From contig JACCTS010000081.1 of NCBI GenBank assembly GCA_013812245.1, positions 30-64,029 on the forward strand: a stretch of 64,000 nucleotides of DNA, written 5' to 3'. Origin of the DNA: Rubrobacter sp. (GTDB lineage: Bacteria > Actinomycetota > Rubrobacteria > Rubrobacterales > Rubrobacteraceae). Within the stretch, counting starts at the first letter, position 1, and each line of letters starts with the position of its first letter. Of the stretch, positions 37,301 through 45,697 are shown piece after piece. The translations under genes were made by a program, and so were the position numbers. The notes under the pieces were generated by a model. It made no database searches. It was given only the letters and a program-made list of their open reading frames with translations, and was not told the DNA's origin.

Positions 37301-38255
37301 CGGAGTAGCCGGTCATCCGCTCGAAGGCGGGGTTGGCGTAGGTTATGGGGTTGTCGGGCCTGGTGGGATCGGTAGCGACGACGCCGTTGGAGCTTGCGGC
37401 TATAGCCAGTTCTCGTATGCGCAGTCCTTCCTCGATGCGCTTGCGCTCCGTCGCGTCGCGCATCGCAACGGAGAAGCCGCTCGGGTTTCCCGCTTCGTCC
37501 TTTAGGGCGGTGATCGCCACGCTGGCCCAGAACCTCGAGCCATCCTCGCGTACTCGCCAACCCTCCCCTTCGTGGCGCACGTTCTCTGTGGCGGCGCGCA
37601 ACTCCTCTTCCGGGAGACCGCGCTCCACGTCTTCGGCGGCGTAGAACAGGGAGAAGCGCTCCCCGATCAATCCCTCCCCGTAGCCCCCGAACTGCCTTGC
37701 GTTCCAGGCGGTCACCGTTCCGTCTACATCGAGCGTAAAGGCAGCGTAATCTCTGGCTTCTTCCGCCAGAAGGCGGGAACGCTGCTCGCTCAGGCGCAGG
37801 GCTTCGAGAGCTGCCCCGGCCTGCTGGTTTTTCCGGTGTATCGCCCCGGCAAGGACGGAGATCAAAATTCCCTCGGCGACGAACAAGAGCAGGCGCGAAC
37901 CCTCCCCGAAATTGTCCGGCGTGAAAGAGCCTTGCGGCAGCACGAAGAAATAGTCGCCCACCAGGGCCCCAAGAACGGTGGACAGCAAACCCGGTCCCAG
38001 CCCGCCGAACAGGGCGCCCGCCATCACGGCGATGGAGAGCAGGACGAAGGGAGCAAAGGGATCCTGGTCCCCGACCAGGGGTGCCAGCAGCAATAACTCT
38101 ACCAGCAGCGCTGCCCCAACGGCGGCCATCGCGACGCCATAGCGCGCCGCCCGGGAACGCTTCCGCACTAACAAGTCGGATACCTCGGGAACATCTTCGA
38201 ATTCCCTCGCCGCCATCTCGCCCTGACGAACAGGGCTACAAGATCTACACGACAC
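34302..38255 (-). CDS. multi-PAS / LOV / GAF sensor histidine kinase (HisKA_3)
   Basis: DUF4118-like TM N-terminus, about 6 PAS modules of which the second is a LOV, a GAF domain, H-box YEVHDGLTQ and a HATPase domain (NVRKHA, DQGKGF). The start could be the ATG at 38216. Confidence 0.9.
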   Translation of the reverse strand: MSCRSCSPVRQGEMAAREFEDVPEVSDLLVRKRSRAARYGVAMAAVGAALLVELLLLAPLVGDQDPFAPFVLLSIAVMAGALFGGLGPGLLSTVLGALVGDYFFVLPQGSFTPDNFGEGSRLLLFVAEGILISVLAGAIHRKNQQAGAALEALRLSEQRSRLLAEEARDYAAFTLDVDGTVTAWNARQFGGYGEGLIGERFSLFYAAEDVERGLPEEELRAATENVRHEGEGWRVREDGSRFWASVAITALKDEAGNPSGFSVAMRDATERKRIEEGLRIRELAIAASSNGVVATDPTRPDNPITYANPAFERMTGYSAEEIVGRNCRFLQGEDRDQPAVRELSEAIREGRYLTVILRNYKKDGTPFWNELSISPVYDEEGGLTRYVGVQNDVTERIRIEEDLRRSEERYRSFVEHSEEGIWRLELEHPLPTGLPEDEQIEHLYRHGRLAECNRAMARMYGFERANGLIGASLETLLPRSVPENVEHLRAFIGSGYRLDGHRSLGIDGRGETQRFLDNLTGVVENGLLAQAWGIRRDDTERERAEDALRKSEERYRSTVEQAVEGIFMVDSESLRVLMTNAAFRRLLGYDEEEISRMKLPDFVAHDRESIDARVRRTLEEGIYSIGERRYRRKDGTLVDVEVSASAVSYAGRTALCCVAHDVTGRRQREEALRESEERFRAAFEQAAVGMAHVSLLSRWLKVNDRLCEILGYTEEELLQLGFQEIVHPDDLDADYEQFTRTLSDKLWTYSAEKRYIRKDGREIWVNQTLSVVREPSGLPGYFVCVVEDITDRKQAAEALRESENRFRMLVQNASDITMILESDGIIRYESPTVERVLGYTPERRIGTNILDYVHPDDAERASSVIHENYDEGGGRPIVEFRCRHEDGSWRYLEAVSNNMLDEPAMAGIVVNSRDVTDRRQARDALRRSVDALLALYEAGQVLGSTLEPEEIGTRLLRIMQRVSNLDAAVISLLDDEQNLRVWHTIGPESLWRWARESREAETTRDAVLQTGYPRDFRLETSNSADRRRMAGLCLTLVVRDRTVGLLEAYGPRTLLNKNNLEILSSLSIQAASALENARLYGELAERERQLKDLVGRLITAQEEERRHVAYEVHDGLTQIAVAAYQHLQAFAAEHPSDSSGDSGMLDRSLELIRQTVQEARHVIADLRPTALDDFGLATAVRLQVEALRKEDWRIEYRSDLEGERLPLEIETALYRVTQEALTNVRKHAQTTRVDIELERLDDAIRLQVRDQGKGFDSTASFDGGPGERVGLSSMRERIELVGGILQIQSKEGVGSSVTASVPLPEPAKGLQEMARNS
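37068..37415 (-). other. LOV (flavin, blue-light) domain of the 1317-aa kinase
   Basis: [35 protein letters not shown]...[19 protein letters not shown]...YVGVQNDVT. The adduct-forming Cys codon TGC is at 37275-37277. Confidence 0.85.
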
Positions 38256-38361
38256 CCGCCAGACAATGATATTAGATCACACCGCATCAAGCACCCTGTG
38301 AACACGCCACGGATTCCCGTGCGGTTTCGTACACGCTCTGGCAAAGGATCGATGCTCCAGA

Positions 38362-38724
38362 CTAACCGGATTCGCACCGCGGGATGGCGGCCTTCACCTC
38401 GCGTTCCAGGACTTCTAGCGAGCAGGGCCATGGTACGAAGTTGCCCGCCAGAGATTTCGGCTCTTCTCCGTCTCTCACCAGTTCCAGCAGCGGAACGGCC
38501 GCGGCCGGGGTGGCGGCGATGCCCTCCAGGTAAGCTTCCCGGCGCTCGGTGCCGAGTAGCGGGGGTAGGATCACCAGCCGGACATCCGAAAGCAAATCGC
38601 CCAACTCTCCCGACTCGGTGCCTGCTAGAAACCTGGCGTCGTAGCCGGCCATCTGGAGCGACGTCTCCAGAATACCTCCAATTATCCTGTTCCCGCCCAG
38701 AACAGCGACCACCGGCTCACACAT
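38362..38724 (-). CDS. hypothetical protein, receiver-like fold lacking an obvious phospho-acceptor
   Basis: Starts MCEPVVAVLGGNRIIGG...VRLVILPPLLG. Lies directly upstream of, and co-oriented with, the LOV kinase. Confidence 0.4.
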   Translation of the reverse strand: MCEPVVAVLGGNRIIGGILETSLQMAGYDARFLAGTESGELGDLLSDVRLVILPPLLGTERREAYLEGIAATPAAAVPLLELVRDGEEPKSLAGNFVPWPCSLEVLEREVKAAIPRCESG

Positions 38725-39396
38725 TCGGGACACCCTCTTTCCACAAGGACCGAAAGGGAAGAGGTGCCTCGGTAGAGTGTCCTTTCCCCAGGCTAGCGCA
38801 GGACGACCAACCCATCCAGACCCACCCGGTCGTCTTTGGGTTCTTGTTCGCTTGTTTGCGCCAGACGCCATCGGTGCCGCTCTGGAGCTGGTAGCGGGCT
38901 ACGCCGGTATCTTTACCGGTGCTACCTTCGGTCGCCGGCCACGCGAGCTCGGCGGCCACCATATCGGTGCCCGTCGAGTTGGTGACGAGGCTCTCCCGTG
39001 GAGCCGCAACGCTGGGGGTGATCTTATCCATGGTCATGGCGCGGAGTTGGCTGCCGGCAGGATCTCAATGGCGGAGACTTTGGCGTTCTCCTTGACCGTG
39101 ATGAACTCGATGGTCGCCTTGCCGTCGGTGACGTTTACCGGGAACTCCCGCACGATGGCCCTATCGGCACCCCCAGCCTCCGCGTACACGTCGAAGTCGT
39201 TGAACTCCAGGGCCCCTCCCTCGATATTCACGTCGAAGGTGAAGTTCGTCTGGCCCGCAGGCGCGCCACTGGCCTGCTCGCCGGTCCACTTGGACTGGAA
39301 GATGGTGTTGCTCATCTCCTGCGCTTCGAGCGTCCCCGCCCGGTAAACCTTGCGTACACCGTGAGCGACCAGGATGCCCGGTGCGAGCCCCGGCAT
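38725..39396 (-). pseudogene. remnants of a secreted carbohydrate-binding (malectin-like / FN3-like) protein
   Basis: Two out-of-frame pieces: FTFDVNIEGGALEFNDFDVYAEAGGADRAIVREFPVNVTDGKATIEFI...ISAIEI (malectin-like) and ...ELAWPATEGSTGKDTGVARYQLQSGTDGVW (FN3-like). No signal peptide or complete N-terminus. Confidence 0.35.
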
Positions 39397-39549
39397 AGAG
39401 TCTGGACGGAGGTTGCGCCCCCGGTTCCTTTTCTTTTTCGCGCCGATCTATGATCCTTCCGGTTCGTCCGCACAGCCATTCCAGAAGAGAATATAGGGGA
39501 TTACAACCCCTTCACATCTGCCGAAATACACATCTTCGTCCGGCAGAGG

Positions 39550-39969
39550 TTACATATCTTCGCCGCCATGCGGATAGCAGGAGAGCTCGACGAGATTCCC
39601 ATCCGGGTCGCGGATGTAGACGGACTCCATCACCCCGAGCGCCCCTGTCCTCTCCACCGGTCCTTGAAGAACCTCGACGTTGCGTCCGACGAGATGCTCC
39701 ATGATCTCCCCGAGCGGCTTCCTGGTTACAAGACAGAAGTCGGCCGAGCCTGGTGTTGGGTGCGCCGCCTTCGGTTCGAACTCGCTGCCCGCCTGATGGA
39801 GGTTGATCTTCTGCCCGCCGAAGGCTAGCGCCCGGCGGCCGTCCCCGAACGTCACCGCCCGCATCCCGAGCACCTCCGTGTAGAAACGGATGGTCTCTTC
39901 CACATCCGAGACCGTCAACACGATGTGGTCTATCCGGTCTATCTCCACGCTTCTTCTCTCACGTCGCAA
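39550..39969 (-). CDS. VOC (glyoxalase/bleomycin-resistance/dioxygenase) family protein
   Basis: IDHIVLTVSDVEETIRFYTEVLGM...DFCL...VYIRDPDGNLVEL. Start uncertain (TTG at 39969 or a GTG near 39948). Confidence 0.85.
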   Translation of the reverse strand: MRRERRSVEIDRIDHIVLTVSDVEETIRFYTEVLGMRAVTFGDGRRALAFGGQKINLHQAGSEFEPKAAHPTPGSADFCLVTRKPLGEIMEHLVGRNVEVLQGPVERTGALGVMESVYIRDPDGNLVELSCYPHGGEDM

Positions 39970-39974
39970 AGAGA

Positions 39975-40001
39975 AGGCCCGGAGCGCGAAGCTCCGGGCC
40001 T
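39975..40001 (-). terminator. intrinsic terminator after the erpA-like gene
   Basis: Perfect 11-bp stem AGGCCCGGAGC / GCTCCGGGCCT followed on the minus strand by TCTCTTTGCG. Confidence 0.6.
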
Positions 40002-40024
40002 CTCGATAACGCTTTACTCCGGCT

Positions 40025-40372
40025 CTAGCAGGTGAAGGAGCTGCCGCAGCCGCAGCCGCCCTGAACGTTGGGGTTGTTGACGGCGAAGCCGGCGCCCATG
40101 AGGCCGTCCACGTAGTCGAACTCGGAGCCCATGATGTAAGGGACGCTCATGGCGTCTATGGCGATCTTGACTCCCTTGGCCTCGAAGGTCTCGTCGTCGT
40201 CGGCGATCTCATCGTCAAAGTATATGGAGTACTGGAAACCGGAGCAGCCGCCAGGGCGAACCCCGATCCTCAAGGCCAGATCCTCTTCGCCCTCCTGCTC
40301 CATGAGCGTCCTGACCTTCTCCGCGGCGTTGTCGGTAATGGAGAGTATGGTCGTCGCCTGCTTCTGATCCAT
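40025..40372 (-). CDS. iron-sulfur cluster insertion protein (HesB/IscA/ErpA family)
   Basis: Starts MDQKQATTILSITDNAAEKV. Contains GGCSGFQY and C-terminal CGCGSSF. Confidence 0.9.
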   Translation of the reverse strand: MDQKQATTILSITDNAAEKVRTLMEQEGEEDLALRIGVRPGGCSGFQYSIYFDDEIADDDETFEAKGVKIAIDAMSVPYIMGSEFDYVDGLMGAGFAVNNPNVQGGCGCGSSFTC

Positions 40373-40445
40373 CAGCACCTCCCGGGGAATGCTGTTGCTG
40401 TTGGCTTGCTTATGCCAGGAATTATTACACCGCTCCGCCCGCAGT

Positions 40446-42686
40446 TCAACGTCGGAGCCCGTCATGCAGCTTCTCTCGTAGCCTCCGCAACGACTTACCG
40501 GCCCGCGTCCTCGCCACCGCCAGGCTCCGTCTCGCCCGCATCAGGAGCGACGACGGATTCACCGCTCCGAGCGCCCGCCGCCATAGGGACATCCTCTGGA
40601 ACGCCTCCACGGCCTCCCGGTGTGCGGCCGAGATGTTACGGGCGCCGCCGAGACTGGGACCGGCGGAGTAGAGGTGATCCGAGTACACGCGGGCAAACTC
40701 GGCGAAGGGTTCTTCTTCCACGCCCGCAGCCCCCGCGAGGAGCAGCACCCGCTCCGTCGGGGTGAGCGCCGGGGAGTTGGCGAGGACGGCCCGTCCGGGC
40801 GGCAGCACGTCCCGCAATCGCGCCACGAGGTCTCTGTACATGTCCTCGGGACGGCCCCGGGCCAGGAGCGCCCGCTTCGTGAGCGGCACTGCGGCCACGA
40901 GCAGCGCGGTGGCGAGCACCACGAACGGCCACACTGATATCTGGACGGCGGATTCTGCAGGGTTTCTCTCGGTGTTCGGGGTATTCCGGCGCTTCTCGGG
41001 GGTCTGTTGCTGCTGTTCCGCCTGCCTCCGCAGTCGCTGAGTTATCTGCTCGCGGCCGAACTCCCCCGTTGCGGCGGAGACCTGGGGCGCGGGGGCGTTC
41101 CGTTCCATGGTCGTCGGCATGGAGAAGCCCGGCGTCGGGTCCATCGGGTACCATCCGACGCCGGGGAAGTAGATCTCGACCCACGTGTGCATGTTGTGCC
41201 CGGTGACCACGTACTCGTCGGGTTCGACCTCTTCGCCCTGCGTGGCCCCGTAGACCACCCGCGAGGGCAGGTCCATCTCCCTGGCGATCAGCGCCATCGA
41301 GGTGGCGAACTGGGTGCAGAAACCCTGCTTGCCGTCTTCGCTGAGGAATTCTTCCACCGCCGTATCAGCCCGGCGGTAGCTGACGTCGAGATTGTAGACG
41401 AAGCCTCCGTCGTAGCGCAGGTAACGCTCGATGGCCCTGGCCCGGTCGTAGGGCGTGGCCGGGTCGTAGCGGCGTTCTACCTCGCGCGCCCTCTCCGCGA
41501 CTACGGATGGCGTAGTGCTCGGGAGCTGGAGGTACTTCTCCCGTACGGAAGCCGGGTAATCCGAGCCGGCATTCCGGAGTTGAGCTTTCGTTGGCTGCGG
41601 CACCTCCGAGAGGAGCCAGTAGGAACTGCCCTCATCGAAATACCCGTCTATGGACCACGAGCCGTCGGTGTTCTCCTCGGCGTTATCCAGGGAGGTATTG
41701 ACGATCCTGTAACCCCCGAAGATGCGGTCCGTCTGGGCGTCCAGGACTTCGACGTCCTGGCGCACGACGTTGGCCTCCACCATGGGATTCACCTCCTCGC
41801 CGTATCCCTGCTTCGGCTCCGTGGTATCGCGCCACTGGAAGCCGTCGAAATAGTCGAGGGTTCCCGCGCGCCACCGCAGGGGCTCTTCGCTCCTTATTCG
41901 CAGGAGCTCCGCGTCCCGGCCCGACGTCAGGTAGTCCCCCACGTCGGCCTGCACGTCGAGCTGGCTGGTCCCCCCGGTCCCGATACGGGTCCAGTCTATG
42001 AGCCCTCCGCTGACCGTCGCATCCGAGAGGGGAGCCCTCGGGAGCACGAGCACGAGCGCCACCACGAACGCCCCCGCCATTACGCCCGTGCGCGGAAAGG
42101 CGCCAGAGGAGCCCGCGGCGAGCAGCAGGGCCACGGCCGAGACGAGGAAGAGGGCGAAGTACGGGCCGGTCCCGACCTCGAAGCCGACGGTGGAGAGGAC
42201 GCCGATCGTCAGGCCGAGGACGGCGACCGAGACGACCGGGCTCTCCTCGTAGAGGGTGGCCGAGGTGGCGAAGGCCGCCACGATCATGACCACCGGGATC
42301 AACACGACGAAGAGACCCGGCGCCAGATCGTAGGGGACCGGGTCCATGTACATGATGCCCGCGGCATCGTAGACGTCGGTCCCGATCTCCCAGAACAACT
42401 CGCGCCAGCCTCGGAGGCTGAAGAGCGGTGGCCACCCATAGACTACCAGCAGCGTGTACGCTGCCGTCGAGGGCAGGATCAGCACGAAGCGGTAGCGGCC
42501 TGATGACCCCACGAGCAGCGCCACCAACGCCGCCCCCAACATCGTAAAAAAGGCGCCCATCCGGTCCGCCGGCACGTCCGAGATGGCGAACCCGCCGAAC
42601 GAGTCGCCGGTAAAAAGGAGACCGAAAGCTCCGCCCGCAGCCAGCACCGCCACGTACAACGAGACCCTGACCGACGGAGCATTCAA
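40446..42686 (-). CDS. transglutaminase-domain membrane protein (TgpA-like)
   Basis: Multi-TM N-terminal half. Transglutaminase core has Cys in GFCTQFATSMALIARE and His in GHNMHTWVEIYF. The TTG start overlaps the DUF58 stop (TTGA). The 216 upstream codons of the track ORF were rejected. Confidence 0.8.
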   Translation of the reverse strand: MNAPSVRVSLYVAVLAAGGAFGLLFTGDSFGGFAISDVPADRMGAFFTMLGAALVALLVGSSGRYRFVLILPSTAAYTLLVVYGWPPLFSLRGWRELFWEIGTDVYDAAGIMYMDPVPYDLAPGLFVVLIPVVMIVAAFATSATLYEESPVVSVAVLGLTIGVLSTVGFEVGTGPYFALFLVSAVALLLAAGSSGAFPRTGVMAGAFVVALVLVLPRAPLSDATVSGGLIDWTRIGTGGTSQLDVQADVGDYLTSGRDAELLRIRSEEPLRWRAGTLDYFDGFQWRDTTEPKQGYGEEVNPMVEANVVRQDVEVLDAQTDRIFGGYRIVNTSLDNAEENTDGSWSIDGYFDEGSSYWLLSEVPQPTKAQLRNAGSDYPASVREKYLQLPSTTPSVVAERAREVERRYDPATPYDRARAIERYLRYDGGFVYNLDVSYRRADTAVEEFLSEDGKQGFCTQFATSMALIAREMDLPSRVVYGATQGEEVEPDEYVVTGHNMHTWVEIYFPGVGWYPMDPTPGFSMPTTMERNAPAPQVSAATGEFGREQITQRLRRQAEQQQQTPEKRRNTPNTERNPAESAVQISVWPFVVLATALLVAAVPLTKRALLARGRPEDMYRDLVARLRDVLPPGRAVLANSPALTPTERVLLLAGAAGVEEEPFAEFARVYSDHLYSAGPSLGGARNISAAHREAVEAFQRMSLWRRALGAVNPSSLLMRARRSLAVARTRAGKSLRRLREKLHDGLRR

Positions 42687-43996
42687 CGCACGGCCCCTCG
42701 TTGCCGGCGCTCGTCCTGCGCGCCGGGGCTCGTTTCGGCCTTGCTTCGGGCGCCAGCGAGACCGGCCACGCCCGCCGGGTGGCGCAGCACGCGCACCGCC
42801 GCCCCGGCCGCCTCCAACCGGGCCACGTCCCGCAGGAACTCGGCCTCGCGGTCCCGGCCCCCGCCACCCCCGAACGCCTCCCGGTACGCGTGGGTGGCGA
42901 GCGCCACGACGACGACGGAGAGGCCGGCCCGGCGCAGCCGGCGCACGCCCTCCGGCAGACCCTCGTCGGGGGAACGCAGGATCAGGATCACGCCCTCCCC
43001 AAGCCCCTCGCGCTCTTCGAGGAGGGCGCCGGGCTCCTCGTCGCCGTCGGCCCGCGCCGTCGCCAGCAGCCGCATGGCCCGCCAGTGGGAATCCTCGTCG
43101 GTGCCGAACTCCGTGGCGCTGCCGGCCCGATCCGAGCACGAGAGCCGCGACGGCAGGCGCTCCTCGTAGAGATGGGCGAGCACGGAGGCGGCGGCCGACA
43201 CGGCGTCCTCGACCTCCTGCTCGGGCACCCGCAATCCCCTGCGGCGCAGATCCAGCGCCACCGTGTAGCGCTGGGGGGCGTGCAGGGCGAACTCCTTGAC
43301 GAACAGCTCCCCGGTGCGGGCGACGCTCTTCCAATGGATGTGGCGCCGGTCATCGCCCCGGCGATATTCTCGCAGGCCGGCGAACTCGTCCCCGCGCTGC
43401 CCGACCGAGCCCCGGGATCCTGCCTCGACGTTGCCCGTCCCCAGAGAGAAGCCCGTCAGGTCGTGGACTCTGGGATATACGACGACCTCCGTGCGTTCGC
43501 CGAACCTGCGGACGAACCGCAGGAGGCCGAACGGGTCCTTCGTGCGAACCTCCGCCGGGCCGAGCTCGTAGACACCGCGGCGGACGAAGGCGACGGGGGC
43601 CTCTATCACCGCGCTTCCGCCCCCTGCGAGGGCCGGGAGCGTGTAGCTCCGCTCCTCGGGAAGCCGGTCCACGACCTCCGCTGCGGGGATGCCGGAGCGC
43701 GAGCCGTTGGAGACGCGGAGGTCGATTCGGGCCGCGCTCCCCGTGGTCAAGCGGGCATTCGGCAGGGCGCGGGAGAACCCCAGGCCCCGCGACGAGAGGA
43801 GACCGAGCAAGAACGCCGCGACGGGGAGTAGAAGCAGCGCGTAGGCGAGTAGGTGAAACTGGGTCGTCCCGATCAGACGCGCCACCACCAGCACGATCAC
43901 CCCGGCCGCCAGCACCTGCCACCCGCGGGCCGTGGGCCGGACGCCGAACCTGCCACCAAACATATTGCGCAGCGCCCTCCGCAGAGCACCGCGCAC
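42683..43996 (-). CDS. DUF58 domain-containing (vWA-like) protein
   Basis: EFAGLREYRRGDDRRHIHWKSVARTGELFVKEF is the DUF58 signature. Two N-terminal TM segments. Confidence 0.85.
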   Translation of the reverse strand: MRGALRRALRNMFGGRFGVRPTARGWQVLAAGVIVLVVARLIGTTQFHLLAYALLLLPVAAFLLGLLSSRGLGFSRALPNARLTTGSAARIDLRVSNGSRSGIPAAEVVDRLPEERSYTLPALAGGGSAVIEAPVAFVRRGVYELGPAEVRTKDPFGLLRFVRRFGERTEVVVYPRVHDLTGFSLGTGNVEAGSRGSVGQRGDEFAGLREYRRGDDRRHIHWKSVARTGELFVKEFALHAPQRYTVALDLRRRGLRVPEQEVEDAVSAAASVLAHLYEERLPSRLSCSDRAGSATEFGTDEDSHWRAMRLLATARADGDEEPGALLEEREGLGEGVILILRSPDEGLPEGVRRLRRAGLSVVVVALATHAYREAFGGGGGRDREAEFLRDVARLEAAGAAVRVLRHPAGVAGLAGARSKAETSPGAQDERRQRGAVR

Positions 43997-44001
43997 GGGC
44001 G

Positions 44002-44991
44002 CTATACCGCCTCGGTGACGGGGACCGAGGAGAGGATTTCGCGCACTATCCCCCCTGCTACGGCTCCGGCGCCTCCGACGAAGCCGTCCGTATCCGAAGG
44101 GTCCACGAGCCGTGCCTCGGCGGACGGAATGATCCTGTGTCCCAGCACCGCGAGCGCGAGGGCCTTCACGTCGTCGGGGATACAGTACGAGCGGCCGTTC
44201 GCCGCCGCCCGCGCCCTGGAGGCCGCGAGCAGCATCCGGCTCGCCCGTGGCGAGGCCCCGAGAAAGACGCCAGGATGCTCCCGCGTCGCGGAGGTCACCG
44301 AGACCACGTACCGGAGCACCGCCTCGCTCGCGTGGACCTCCTCGACCAGGCGCCGCATCTGGAGAAATTCTTCCAGATCCAGGACCGGCGAGAGGTCCGC
44401 CGAGGGGTCCCTACTGAGCTTCAGGAGGTCCATCTCCGCGTCCTCGTCAGGGTAGCCGAGGTCCATCTTGATCATGAACCTGTCCAGTTCCGCGTGCGGT
44501 AGCGGGTAGGTGCCCTCGTGCTCTATGGGATTCTGGGTTGCGACCACCCCGAAGGGCTGCGGCAGATGGCGCGTCTCGCCATCCACCGTCACCGAGCTCT
44601 CCTCCATCGCCTCCAGCAAGGCGCTCTGGGTCTTGGGGCTGGCCCGGTTGATCTCATCGGCCAGAACCACGTTGGCGAAGACCGGCCCCGCCCAGAACTC
44701 GAAGCTCCCCTCGCCCTGGTTGTAGACGTTGAGGCCCGTCACGTCCGCTGGCAGGAGGTCAGGGGTGAACTGTATGCGGCGGAACTCAGCCCGAATGGAG
44801 CGGGCGAGTGACTTGGCAAGCAAGGTCTTCCCCACGCCCGGCACGTCTTCTATGAGGACATGGCCGCCGGCAAGCAGCGCTACCACGGCCTGGAAAACGT
44901 CCTCACGCTTGCCGGAGACGGCGCGCTCGACGTTGTCCACGACCCGCTCCGCCTTCTGCGCGAAATCGTTGTAGTCCAAAACCCCGTCCAT
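44002..44991 (-). CDS. MoxR-family AAA+ ATPase
   Basis: Walker A DVPGVGKT, Walker B and sensor region VLADEINRASPKTQSALLEAMEE. Confidence 0.92.
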   Translation of the reverse strand: MDGVLDYNDFAQKAERVVDNVERAVSGKREDVFQAVVALLAGGHVLIEDVPGVGKTLLAKSLARSIRAEFRRIQFTPDLLPADVTGLNVYNQGEGSFEFWAGPVFANVVLADEINRASPKTQSALLEAMEESSVTVDGETRHLPQPFGVVATQNPIEHEGTYPLPHAELDRFMIKMDLGYPDEDAEMDLLKLSRDPSADLSPVLDLEEFLQMRRLVEEVHASEAVLRYVVSVTSATREHPGVFLGASPRASRMLLAASRARAAANGRSYCIPDDVKALALAVLGHRIIPSAEARLVDPSDTDGFVGGAGAVAGGIVREILSSVPVTEAV

Positions 44992-45068
44992 ACCTCTACG
45001 ACGAACCGAGATTATAGCAAGCGATCAAAAACAGCCGTCGTAGGTACGCTACCTGTCTCTGTCCGGGA

Positions 45069-45617
45069 TCAGCCGACGAACTGGTCCGCCGGCTCGCCGT
45101 AGAACTGCTCGACGTAGCGGCGCTGGACAGCGTTGAGACCCCGCGAGTACCACACCATGACCACGTAGCGTGGCTCCTTGGGCGTGCTCTTGGGGTACAT
45201 ACCGCACTCCATCGGCAGGCGGTTGCCCTTCCTCGCGTTGCACTTGGTGCAGGCGGTCACCACGTTATCCCAGGTGTTGCCGCCGCCACGCGAGATGGGC
45301 TTGACGTGGTCGCGGGTCAGGCACTCGCGGCGGTTCAGGTCGTCGCGGTGCTTGCCGCAGTACTGGCACTTGTAGTTGTCGCGGGCGAAGAGGATGGTGT
45401 TCGTCACGTGACGCCTCAGCCGCCGAGGTATCTCGACGAATTTGATCAGGCGTATCACCAGCGGATAGGGATACTCGGCCTTCTCTGAGCGGAACCGGCG
45501 TTCCAGGTTGGCCTCCACGATCTCGGCCTTCTCGGAGACGACGAGGACGATAGCCCTCTTGGCCGGGACCAGGGCCACGGGCTCGTAGCTGGCGTTCAAG
45601 GTCAGGCAGCTTGCCAC
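45069..45617 (-). CDS. HNH endonuclease
   Basis: CQYCG...DHVKPISRGGGNTWDNVVTACTKCNARKG HNH motif. GTG start. Confidence 0.85.
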   Translation of the reverse strand: MASCLTLNASYEPVALVPAKRAIVLVVSEKAEIVEANLERRFRSEKAEYPYPLVIRLIKFVEIPRRLRRHVTNTILFARDNYKCQYCGKHRDDLNRRECLTRDHVKPISRGGGNTWDNVVTACTKCNARKGNRLPMECGMYPKSTPKEPRYVVMVWYSRGLNAVQRRYVEQFYGEPADQFVG

Positions 45618-45623
45618 GGTGAT

Positions 45624-45632
45624 ATATTAACA
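45624..45632 (-). promoter_or_regulatory. extended -10 promoter element (TGTTAATAT) placing the transcription start at or near the HNH start codon (leaderless mRNA)
   Basis: Minus strand reads TGTTAATAT-ATCACC-GTG in a locally AT-rich spacer. There is no RBS between the -10 element and the GTG. Confidence 0.4.
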
Positions 45633-45697
45633 TAACGGAATGCTTGGGCGTGTAAAATCCGCGTTACATCGCTCGAAAGCCGCACCTGTTGTAGTCT

